A stretch of DNA of 44,003 bases from contig FLMG01003175.1 in NCBI GenBank assembly GCA_900088475.1, positions 1 through 44,003 on the forward strand. The letters are read 5' to 3'. Source of the DNA: Hyphochytrium catenoides (Eukaryota > Protista > Hyphochytriomycota). The first letter of the stretch is position 1; each line of letters starts with the position of its first letter. Positions 33,601 to 44,003 of this stretch are shown piece after piece. The translations under genes and the position numbers were made by a program. Under the pieces are notes generated by a model. It searched no databases. It saw only the letters and a program-made list of their open reading frames with translations, and was not told where the DNA came from.

Positions 33601-36142
33601 ATATAGCACTAACTTTATCATCGGAAGAGCCTCCGCATAGGACTGAGAGGCCACTAGCTAGCTCACCAAGGCTGACTCGACCGTTCCGGTTTTCATCAAA
33701 TGCGAGAAAGAGTCGGTCAATGAGAGCACGGACTTCCTTAGCGGTTCTTGAGGAAGGTAATTTCTGAGCACCGTATTGCTGAGCAGCTATGATACTCTCA
33801 AAGCACCTGCACAAGGCCGAAACAAAAGTGAGCCCGGCGTACGGAAGAGCGAGAGATGTAGAGGCATAGATATAGGCAGACAATGAAGAGGTTAAAAGAT
33901 GGATGCGCAGAGCGCTAAGAAGCTAGTTCAGATCGTTGAGAGTGAAGCGGTGACGTCCATAGGCCATCCAAAGTCTTTAAGCCTCCAACAGAAGCCTCAT
34001 TATAAAGTCCTCCGTCACATTATAGCCCACCTCCTGAAGGCTTCTTGGTCCAGCTCCCCGTCTCTAGCAGCAGCGCCAAAGAACTTTACCAATTGCTGGA
34101 CAGAAATGCTGCCCAGCCCAGTCATTCTTCTTAATTTGTCAACGCTCTGAGTGACAGTTCCTGAGCTTAAAAGCGAACTCCCAGTCACTTCTACGTCCAC
34201 TTCTCTTCTTTTAACGCTTTCTCTACTGGTAGTGCCAGAGTACCAGGAGCGGAACTCCTCAAAGGAAAGCTTGCCGTCGCGATTCAGATCCGCCTCTAAG
34301 AAGCACTGCTGGGCAGTGATGCGTCCCAGCTCCTGGGGAGAGACTTCGTGAAGTTTAAAGATATCTGGTGAAGTCTCAGAAATGACCGCGAAGACGGAGG
34401 TAAGATAGCGGGTCATCTCTTCAAGAGAGATAAACCCATCCCCTGGACGCACGATGAGGAAGAGAGGATGGATAAGTGAGTGTGTCCGTCAACAGAGATA
34501 GATCGAGAAGTAGCCCGACAAGGGTCATTCGTGCCCTACTTTCTCTCCAAACCTCCCCGCCTGCCGTGTTTCTCAAGTCGGACCGCTAGACTCTTTGCCT
34601 GAGTTCATATCCTTCTCTCAAACTACTTCCAGGCCGACACCTACAATCTCCGCCAGGCCGCTTATACTTCCCGCCCCGTGCTCTCACCATTTGTGTCATA
34701 TAGGTCAAAGGCAGCCCTTATTTTTTGGTCTCTTTCACCTCCCACCAGCACCGACAGTCCGCTAAGGAATTCCGTGGCGTCCACAACCCCGTTCCTGTCC
34801 CGGTCAAAAATATCGAAGAGCCGGTTGAGAACGGCACGGGTGCGACGATCAGCGGCCCCTCCCAAGAGCTGTGCGAAGCACTTCTGAAAGGTGATGCGGT
34901 CTATGACACCAGTGGGAGCGGCCTTTCTGAAGATCTCAATGAGGTGAGATACTTCATACCTAGTGAGGCCCAACCACCGGCGAGGAGAGATAGAAAGAGA
35001 TGCAGAGAGAGAAGACACCGATGAGAAGAGCAGCAATAGGGGGAACAGTATGGCGACATTTGCAGAGAGGATGAAAAAATGTGCGACGCGCTTAGAAGTT
35101 AAGAGAACGACAGGCAAGGGCAAAACAGTATTGCACAGACGTCCGAAGAGACCTTGCTCTAAAGCTGCTCGGAAGAAGGAAAGGAAGAAAATGGTAGAGA
35201 CGAACACGACCGTGCCATGGGCAGGGATATTGACAGTGCGTAATGTGAGAGAATGGAAAGAAAGAGCGAGACAAGAGGGACCGAAAATGTGCTGACACAG
35301 AGGATCGAGAGCATGGGACGTTACAGGTGATACCAACTGCATAGAAGAAACGGTAAACAAGCCGGAACGATATAGCTCAGCTCCTTACTTGTTGAGGTCA
35401 AAGATCATGGAGAGGCTGCCTTTCCGCCCACCATTTCGCCTTCTCCCTTTCTCCTCTCGGCTCGTCTCTCTTCCATTTTCGCTTTCAGGTGGTTGTCCTT
35501 CCAAAAGCAATGTGAACGAGGCAGCACTTTCCTCTCGGCCCGAAAAGAAAGCAGGAGCGCGGGCCAAGAGAGAGAGAGGGAAATGGACTTCTTGTTTCGC
35601 ATCCTGCGGGGGAACGGCCAGAGGCGTTGTGAGCTGCTGATGTCCGCTTACATAGGACTAGAAGGAAAGGCACTGCTGCCGATATGAAGAGGCTTTCGCT
35701 AGGATGAATGACGACGATGAATGTAACACGTGATGGATTGGACAACGAGGAAATAGAGAGCAATAGAGAAGGTAGAAACAAACCCTAGACCTTCTTCCAC
35801 AAAGAAAGAATGCGCTACAGGAGCAAACTTTCATGGCGCACTTCGAACAGCAGAGAGCAGATAGACAAAGAGATAGGTCGAGGAGGTCGATCGCTAATGG
35901 AACAGAAGGTAGAGCGAGGGGGAAAGGAGAATGAGAAGCATGTCGATTGCCATGAGAGGAACCTTGAGGCCAACGATATCTTTCTGTGTCCCAAACGCAG
36001 CCTGGAGTGTCTGCTTGAGGTCCGCTAGAGGGAGCCCAGGAAAGACAACGATGCGCTTCACCGTTCCGTTTAGAGCGATGGAAGCGGTGAAGCAGCCCGG
36101 AGAGCGGTTCTCGGCCCGCTTAGGAGCTGAGCCCACCGCCAT
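22801..36142 (-). CDS. Giant multi-EF-hand protein: N-terminal ~130-aa region plus 12 tandem NCS/frequenin- or calcineurin-B-like four-EF-hand modules; 25 coding exons, 2599 aa
   Basis: Exons (minus): 36142-35963, 35603-35389, 34959-34688, 34442-34031, 33806-33548, 33356-32966, 32776-32562, 32410-31976, 31835-31710, 31411-31196, 31077-30886, 30607-30446, 30244-30041, 29904-29679, 29444-28869, 28696-28518, 28360-28158, 28055-27860, 27698-27282, 26907-26541, 26211-25878, 25671-25507, 25180-24733, 24514-23704, 23399-22801. Sum 7800 nt; every intron is GT-AG with matching phase. Repeat consensus: RRLTNL..Y...DVFE.FA..A...G.L....F..CF...RLF..FD.D.NG.VDF.ELASGLSVLCGG.R..KV.AAF.LYD.DGDGYIS.EEM..YL.SVFKVLYE..P.....GVSPEEL...TA.QAF.EADL..DG.LSFEEF..WY. 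Confidence 0.9.
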
Positions 36143-36167
36143 TCTGAGCCTTAGACTTCTGATGCTA

Positions 36168-36203
<36 letters not shown>

Positions 36204-37771
36204 TCTGCCCGTGGATGCACAAGGTTCTCTCTATGTTTGAGTCGCTGTGGTAAAGACTCAAGATATCATTCTACCGGTCATCGAAGTAGAGTTGGAGAGA
36301 GAGAGAGAAGTAGCGTTAGCCACCGTTCAATCAGAATGGCACCATTCCTTAGTAAGCACAGAGAGGGGAGAGTGATAAACGGGAAGAGGAGAGAAAAAGA
36401 AAGAGATAGCCAGAAAGACAGAGTTGAGGGACGAAGAGTGCGATCTTTCAATAGCCTTCTGGAAGACGCTGACGGTCCCACCTTCTGAGTTCCATCAGGA
36501 CATGAAGAGCCTCAGACAGCGCCATATCCAAGCCTCCTAAACGCGACGATGCAGCTTACGAACTGGTTCTAGCCGTTCTGTCTGCCGGTCTTCCTCTTCT
36601 TCTCTCCTTCAGTGGTAAGGTGTGACCTCCGCTATGTTGGTTGCCGATGATGCAACACTAGCTGGCTCCTGTCTCTTTCTCTCCTCTCTTTGCTCCTCCT
36701 CCCCTGATCCCTTTCTCTCTCCAGCTAGTACTGAGAGACAGCTTTGAAGCGTCAATCTCTGGCTGCGAGCTTTGAGACTGCAAGCAGGAACTAGTTGATC
36801 CCGAAGTTGGGGCCCAACTCCAGCTGCCTCTACACAACGCACACTCTATTTGGTTCCCTCTCTTTCTCTCTCTCTCTCTCTCTTTTCTCTTCTCTTTCTT
36901 CGTTTTCCCACTGTCTATTGCCTCTCTCTCAATGCTCTTTCTTTCCTTNNNNNNNNNNNNNNNNNNNNNNNNNNNNNNNNNNNNNNNNNNNNNNNNNNNN
37001 NNNNNNNNNNNNNNNNNNNNNNNCTCTCCCTCAAGTGTGTCACTTTTCTGTGTGTTGCTTGGCTTTCTGACTGTTTTGCTGGGAGTCTTGGCAATTATTG
37101 TCATGCTAAAATTGTCAACAATGTAAAGGATACTTGTTTGAGACAGAGAAAACAGCGCAATGGTGTAATTCCAAATAAGAACCTTAACTAGCTTATTTCA
37201 TTCAAATTGGTATAGTTATTGCGCAATGATTGAGAATACAACAGTAGCCGATCCCGTGATACTCTTAAAGCACTATAAGTGAAGAATAAGTCAAAAAAGA
37301 AAGAATGACAAAACGATAGGGGAGCCACAAATACATAAGGCCTTAGGTACAGAGAGTATTTGTGATTGCGTGTATGTCAATGACGAGACGTGAATTTAGC
37401 TGTCAAGAATTATGTCAAGAATCATTCGTCCAGCTTTCAATCTTTGGATCTTTCATCATTTCTTGTCTGCGGTGGGATCTCTGAAGCTCTGTGAGCAGCA
37501 GAGTTCAGCTCTCGCACTCTCGGGCCTCTGGCCTCTGTCTGGCCTTCAGCTGGTCAAGGCGCATCAGATCTCGAGAGCTAGTATGACGATGCGCTGTTCC
37601 AAGAGCTCAAGGGTCGTCAAGCTTATACATCGACAGCATAAACAGTAAGACTTCGCGTTCACAGGAGCAGATCACGTTGGAATATCCGCCGGAAAGCTTG
37701 CAGCTGCTTTCTCACGGCTCCGAGGCCTTTCTAGCTAGCTTCCTATCCTGTGCCAGGTGACGCTGTCTAAA

Positions 37772-38300
37772 ATGTCCGATAAAGCGGCTGGGTCCGCGCT
37801 GCTGGGGATAAGCGCTACTGTGTTTAGTTATTATACTGTCTGGGTGCTGATCATGGTGAGTGGACGGTCACTGCATCCTCCGCGCCGACGTACCCTTTTG
37901 TTTCGCGAACATGGTTTGTTCTCACTCTTTATCAGCTCCTGTCGGCGCTTAGCCTGGGAAAACTAATTGACAGGCTTCTCTTTTTGGATATTCCTGTGAT
38001 TTCTATGCCTTTCATCTCTCGTGGCCAGCAGTAGGGTTACGTGCAACCATCCACCCTGCCCTCCTCCTCTGATTATAGGCTTAATCTGAGCGCATGACTA
38101 ACCTGCGTCTTTCGCCATTCCAATGTCCTCCTTTTCTGCAGCCATTTATTGAACCCGACCACTTCCTTCAGTCTTTCTTTTTGCCGCAGTGGTATGCCAT
38201 CGCCATTCCCGCTGTCCTACTGGTCCTCCTTCTTGTCTTCATTTCTTCTTTCATCGCCCTCGTCATAGTCAAGAACAACAAGAAGAAGAAGACCAAGTGA
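37772..38300 (+). CDS. DPM2: Dolichol-phosphate mannose biosynthesis regulatory protein, 80 aa, 2 exons
   Basis: Exons 37772-37855 and 38142-38300 (GTGAGT donor, TGACTAAC branch site, CTGCAG acceptor). Protein: MSDKAAGSALLGISATVFSYYTVWVLIMPFIEPDHFLQSFFLPQWYAIAIPAVLL...KKKKTK. It has the DPM2 signature F.YYT.W....PF....H....F.P..YA..IP, two TM helices and a C-terminal dilysine ER signal. Confidence 0.93.
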
Positions 38301-38958
38301 GACAGAAAGACCCAGGTATGGACGAGAGATGAGTTAAAGGAAGAGCCCAGGAAATGTTCCATAACTTATATACATGAGTGCGAAGAGGGATTAGTAAGGA
38401 AAGAGCAAAGCGGCGTCAGAAGACGAGGCAGAGAGAAGAGACAACCAGAGGTTAATAATGACAGGAACGGAAGGTAGCTGGGCTTTGGTCTAAAGGTCCT
38501 CTCTTCTTCCTGTGTAGAGTGGGGGGTGAAGAACCTTGATTTGTCAAGCAGAACATAGCATCCAGGGTACGGCCTCTGGTCAACTTGCACTCTCTGCTAT
38601 GAAGACGATCGCCGCCACTTTTGAGGGGAGGCACCACGCTTGGAGTTTGCCTTATAGGCCAGTCTTAGAGCTTGGAACGAGCCCAAAGTAGGACACCCGC
38701 AGGGGCTAAAGCCGGCACGCTTTCTTCATATATAGGGAAGGGATGAAGGAGCCCCCGCTCCGTCCATGGACACGGTAGAAGCGAACAAACATATTTGGTG
38801 TGACCCAAAGTCATGGATATATGTACCATTACTATGATAGGGCGGAGAGGTGGGGAGATCCTTGTGGAGTTAGAGTGTAGAGGGTTGCTAAACACTCAGT
38901 GGAGGTAATAAGCGAAATAGATAAGAGGTAATCGACATTCTACATAGAGAAGCAGGCG

Positions 38959-41900
38959 CTAGAGTAGCACCGCGTTCTCCGTCTTTTGTCGTCTCCCGAT
39001 TTCTCCTCTCTTCTCCCTCAGCACCTCTTCCTCGGGACTCCTCTCTCGCATGGCCTGTAAGTGGTCTAAACTCTTCCCTGAGGTCTCGTATGGGAGAAGC
39101 ATGGCTGCAAGGCCTATAAGAATATTAACTATGGCGTACGTCAGGATGACGAAAGAAAGTGACAGAGATTCATTGTCACAAAAGAAAGGTGTGATTCCTG
39201 CTCCTATCCGCGCCACGGCGTTCGCGAACCCATGCCCGGTTGCCCTGATGTGAGTGGGATAGATCTCCGGGGTAGCTACCCACGTGGCGCACGAGGCACC
39301 CATGATAGCCGCTCGGGCTATTCCCGCCGAAAGAGTCAGGACGGAAGGAGAGAAAGAGCGCCCGAACGAAAGAGGGACCATGAAGATCCCTGCGCCCACA
39401 TACATGATGCACTGAGACCACTTTCTTCCCCACTGGTATAAGTGAAGAGTGCACGAAAAGGAAAAAAGAGAGTTAGTTAACTTCCTCGTCAATTACATAT
39501 AAGATGAGCAAGGCGAAGAGGGAGATAAAAAGACAAAAGGGCGCTGCTCTTACTCACTCGGTCAATGACAAGCATGGCTACCACCACTCCTGCAGCCTCG
39601 CACAGCGTAGAGACGAACATTGCGGAGTAGTTAAAGGTGTCAGACGAGCCTTCTGAGCCTTTCTCCTCTTCTGAAGAGCCAAAAATTCGGGGCATGGACA
39701 GGACCAGACCGTAGTATGTGAACCTGGGATCAAGTGGAACAAGTCAGTGCAGATTGGCAAGGCCGTGTCTCGATATGTTGAACAATGTGGAAAAGAGACT
39801 TGGCAGATTCTCTGTTTGGTAGCAGGAAAGGGGAGTGGAGGTATCAGAACATTGGCAGTGGAGTTGCCCGTATGTCCAAGAAAGCCATAGTGTGAAGGCG
39901 AAGCTGGAGAGCTTAGGAAGCGCGCAAAGAGGCAGATATGAAAGCAATGGGATGGAGATTGAGGGTTAGAACGCCTGACAATCAAAGACCTAAACCGAGT
40001 ATTGAAGTTTATGAGGGCCAAGGGCCATACCCGTATCCACACCACAGCGCCCATAGCACCAGACTAGTTCGCAAAAATGGTCGTGAAAAGAGCTCCCGAT
40101 AGCTTCCTTCGGGCTCCACCGCATAACTGAGCTCCAAACCTTCAGGAAGAGAACTCTTGTTCTGCAGTGTTCAACAGACCATTGGATAAGATATTTGAGC
40201 GAGAGGAAGGAGGCAAGACCCACTATCAGCATGATAGGACACAAAAATTGGGGCAGACCTAAAAAAAAGGAAAATGGAGGTTCCTATCATACGGTTAGGA
40301 CTAGGGGGCAAAGCTCACCATATGGGCAATCTTGTGCATCAGTTGCACTGTCTCCTCCTTTTTGCCTTTAGCCATGAGCCATCTTGGGGACTCAGGCTGA
40401 AACAGAAGAAAACCGTAGGTTAGAGACGCTNNNNNNNNNNNNNNNNNNNNNNNNNNNNNNNNNNNNNNNNNNNNNNNNNNNNAGCCTCTTACCAAGAGAG
40501 GAAACATAGCCGCAGCAAGGACGAGAGGGAGGGAGGCTAGCAAGGCCATCACCCTCCATCCCACACTTTCCACCACTAGCCAGGCCACTACTGCGACGTA
40601 GACACTGCCGAAGGTCCAAAAGAAATTAGTAGCCATAAGCTTTGACCCTCGGGCAGACGGAGGAAGAGTTTCTGCCAGGAGATCAAACGGGATCACAAGG
40701 CCTAGAATAGAATAGTCGTACACGGAGAGGCAGTGAAAAGCGTGAGATAACGAGGGAAAGGAAAAACGAAGAGGAGGGAAGGCACTCGAAATAAAAGCTC
40801 AGCACTTGCAGGGACGAACAGAGACGAGGAAGCTCTTCCAAGACGTGAAGGGCACAGGTTAAACAGCCAATATCCGTCCGCGGTATTTCCTCCGCGTAGA
40901 CAAGTCCATCGAAAGGGAAAAGGTCAGGAGAAAGAGCCAGAAGACATCCTTTGATTGAGACAAAGGCAGTATGGGCAGGTGGTGAAAGGCAATAAGCTAG
41001 AGAGAGAGGCAGAGAAAACAACTTGAGCTCTTATCCCTAGTTCAGACGGACCTGCTACTCCAAACCCCACGCAAGCTCGACAAAGGAGTAGAAAGTGGTA
41101 AGAGGGAGAGAAGGCAGAGATGATCCCGCAGACCGCAACCATCAGAGTGGAATAGAGATAGCCCTTCCGCCGTCCATAGCGATCAGCTACAGGGCCCCAG
41201 AACAGGGCGCCAAAGAGCTCTCCCTGGAGGATAACAAACGTCCGAATGGTAAGAGATACAGGTTAATGCAAGACCCTCCCTTAGATCAGAAAGGGATACA
41301 CAAGGATAGAAGTGGACAGGCAGCAGAGGACAGCGCGAGTTTATGGCAATGAATAGCAGGAAAGACTGCTAGCGAGAGTAGACTGGACGCGACATAAATC
41401 AACAGAAAGGCTGTACGCCATACGGAGAGTCAGGAGGAGATGACCAGAAGATGAAGCAAAGGAGATGAAACTCATGGGTACCGCAAAGACTATGGCAGTT
41501 AGCGCTGCCTGCCCTGAGCTAGAGAGGTCCCATTCCTTCTTGACTAGGACCTGACATTGATGTGTCCATGAGCAGAAATGTTAGGACACTTTAGGAGACA
41601 GCGGACGGATAAGGAAGAGTCAGAAAGTACGACGAACAAAGGGAACATGCAAGACGAAAGCCTCCTGTCCTGGAGGGAAAGCCAAGAGCTGTGACGATTT
41701 GAAAAGAAGAGAGTGGCCGAAGAGAAAGAATAAGCATGCTCCACCTGGAGAAAGGAAAGGATCATCACTTCGACCGCATCCTGAAGAGAGAAACAGAGAG
41801 GGTAAGCCATAAGAGAGGATAAGATAGGGTGAGACTCAGCATTCTCAACGGGATGGAGCCAAGGTGTAGGGAGACACGACACAAGAGGCAGAGAGTGCTT

Positions 41901-42624
41901 CTACCAAGGAAGAAAGATTGAAAGAGACAGACACAAAGAAAGAGAGTTATAGTGCGTGAGAGCTAGATAGACAGACTAAGAAAGAGAGAGAAAGGAGCGT
42001 CCAGAAGAAAGGAGAAAGGCTCAAGATGCGTGGCATGAAGATATGCGTCAGGAGAGAGATACTAACAGCCATAAAAGCTAGTCCGCAGAGCAAGAACATC
42101 CGCGTTTGGAAGGGACCAATGCCTATCAAGGAGACAGCCTGTGGACCCAGCGGCACACAGCGAGGAGAGAGGTTAAGAGAGTGGCCAAGGGAACTAGAGC
42201 TGACAGCCTGAGAGAAACGAGGGAAGGAGAGCCAGGAGCAAGCCAGTAAAGGGAGAGAGGCAGCTGAGAGGAGAGAGAAGGTCCCTGTAAGGAGAAGTCC
42301 ATACGAAGCTGCAAAAGAAATGAAAAGGAGACAGAAGAAGATAGATACCTACAGAGGAGCGGGGTAGAGAAACAAGGAGAGAGAGAGAGAGAGAGAAGAG
42401 AATGACAGCAAGGGAAGGGGCAGCTCTACATAGGGAGACCTAGAGACCTGATCAATTGTCATTTCTCTCCTTTCAGTGGCCGTTGAGCCGCCCGCCAAGG
42501 CCCTTGAAGAAGTCCCTTCTTCTCCTACTCCTGTCTTTACCGGGGCTTTGATTGTAGAAGCCATGGCTTGGTCCTTTCTCTCTTGCAAAACAGAGACATC
42601 TTCTCTGCCCTCTGGAGAACTCAT
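38959..42624 (-). CDS. Major facilitator superfamily transporter, SVOP/SV2-related (organic cation/sugar-porter type), 10 exons, about 527 aa
   Basis: Exons 42624-42448, 42138-42067, 41780-41745, 41550-41482, 41223-41052, 40701-40493, 40396-40319, 40161-40031, 39723-39558, 39432-38959 (1584 nt, phase-consistent). Motifs: IGIGPFQ...CGLAFMADAVEVMILSFL, GPVADRYGRR (MFS motif A), AETLPPSARG, PESPRWL, FTYYG, IDRWGRK, PEIYPTHIRATG, LPYETSG. The start could instead be the Met at 42564. Confidence 0.9.
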
Positions 42625-42661
42625 CCTCGTCGTCCGCTCGCTACTTCGTCTCACACTCCTC

Positions 42662-42725
42662 TTACTCTCTCTCTCTCTCTCTGTGCCTCACTTATCTCTC
42701 AAAAGCTGTATCGCTCTATCGCTTG

Positions 42726-42789
<64 letters not shown>

Positions 42790-42830
42790 NNNNNNNNNCT
42801 CTCTCTCTCTCTCTCTCTCTTCGTCTCTTG
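42662..42830. repeat. (CT)n microsatellite tract with a short N gap
   Basis: Direct reading; N at 42790-42798. Confidence 0.9.
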
Positions 42831-43469
42831 CCCTCCGTCGTGAGTCTCTAATGGCTTCTCTTGCTCTGTTGTCCAGTGCAGCTGACGTCTTCCGACAAGT
42901 GAACAGAGGTTGTTTCTCTGCAGGCGCTGGCCGAAGAACAGAGACCACGATGGAGAGTGCCTCTACTGAAGAAGGCGGTGTTACCTGTGTGAAGATAGGG
43001 ACTGGCTCCGTTAGTCTCGCTCGCTCTCTCTTGTCTGTCTTTGCCTTTGGCAGCTCTTAAACAGGGAGGAGACAGGAGATGCACTCGTAAGAAAGCATCA
43101 GAAAGGGTAGAGAAACAGCTCAAGCGACACAAGGATAGGACTATCCCTTCGCTGATGTTTATTAGAGAAGAGACAGAAGAGAGAGAGTGAGAGATTGGTC
43201 TTGCCCTACCAGAGAAAGAGGAAGTCGGAGAGACAGAGAGAGAGACGCAGAGAGAGAGAGTCAGAGGTACCTCCTCTACTTTAGCCGCCTAAGTGCAGCC
43301 TTACATTTCGGTCAACTCGCCACTACCAGATCCTTAACCGTATAAAGCCGCTAACGGCCGTGCGAGGAGATCTGAAGAGACATCCACTTCCACTTCAACC
43401 CACTTTCTCTCCCTCGCCTAGCTAGCACTAACTCTCTTTTCTCTCTCTCCCTCTCTCTCCCTCTCTCTC

Positions 43470-43505
<36 letters not shown>

Positions 43506-44003
43506 GCTCTCTCATATACTCCTCCAATGCCCTCACCAGGTTCGATCCATCAGAAGGTAGCTCCTGCTGTCCCCCAATAAAGAAAGCCGGCTCGGCAGCT
43601 TCTGAAGAAACTGATCTGCTTAGGCCTCAGGCGCTTCATAATCAGCTTGCAAGGAAAGGTTTCGCCAAGCGGCTTCAGAGACCTCAGGTCCATGGCAACG
43701 GCGAAGGTAGCCAAGAAGTGGCCTGCTTTCCCATCATCTGTCCGTCTGCTGGGCAAGGCTCTACCCTCTGGGTATTGCCTCCAAGGAGATGCCACGGGGA
43801 AGAAAGAGAGAGAGGGTGGAAGGAGGACAGAGAGGCAGTCTGAAGACGAGTCGGCGGTGCCTGGACAGTTGAGAGAGAGGGAGTATAGGAGGGCAAGAGC
43901 TGTCCTTTGCTAGGAATGTGAAACAGAGATAAATAGATAAATAAGCTGGTAGGACCACTGCCCCTGATGACTAATACGATCACCTCTCTCTCTCTCCTCC
44001 CCC

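Noticed and set aside
22801-35360. Interpretation as a tandem cluster of separate small calcineurin-B/NCS genes
   Set aside because: No module except the last has its own stop, several exons run continuously across module boundaries, and all splice phases join into one frame.

Overview
Intron-rich eukaryotic genomic DNA with GT-AG introns, abundant (AG)n/(CT)n microsatellites and six N gaps. The organism is probably a protist, possibly a stramenopile, but this is an inference from the H3 variant sequence and cannot be fixed from the window alone. From left to right it contains: the 3' end of a Ty3/Gypsy-type LTR retrotransposon (integrase C-terminus, polypurine tract, 151-bp LTR); an 8-exon BTB-BACK-MATH-BACK gene (+); a PRRC2/BAT2-like gene (-); a solitary H3.3-like histone gene with a 5'-UTR intron (+); a probable decayed element; a divergent MscS-family mechanosensitive channel (+); a giant EF-hand gene (-); DPM2 (+); and a 10-exon SVOP-like MFS transporter (-). 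The standout is 22801-36142 (-). The ORF track shows it only as many short fragments, but they splice by hand through 24 phase-consistent GT-AG introns into one 7800-nt CDS (2599 aa). The protein is a small N-terminal domain followed by 12 tandem NCS/frequenin- or calcineurin-B-like four-EF-hand modules. Its intron positions would allow whole modules to be skipped in frame, and it lies tail-to-tail with the MscS-like channel. All gene models were built by eye; no database searches were run.
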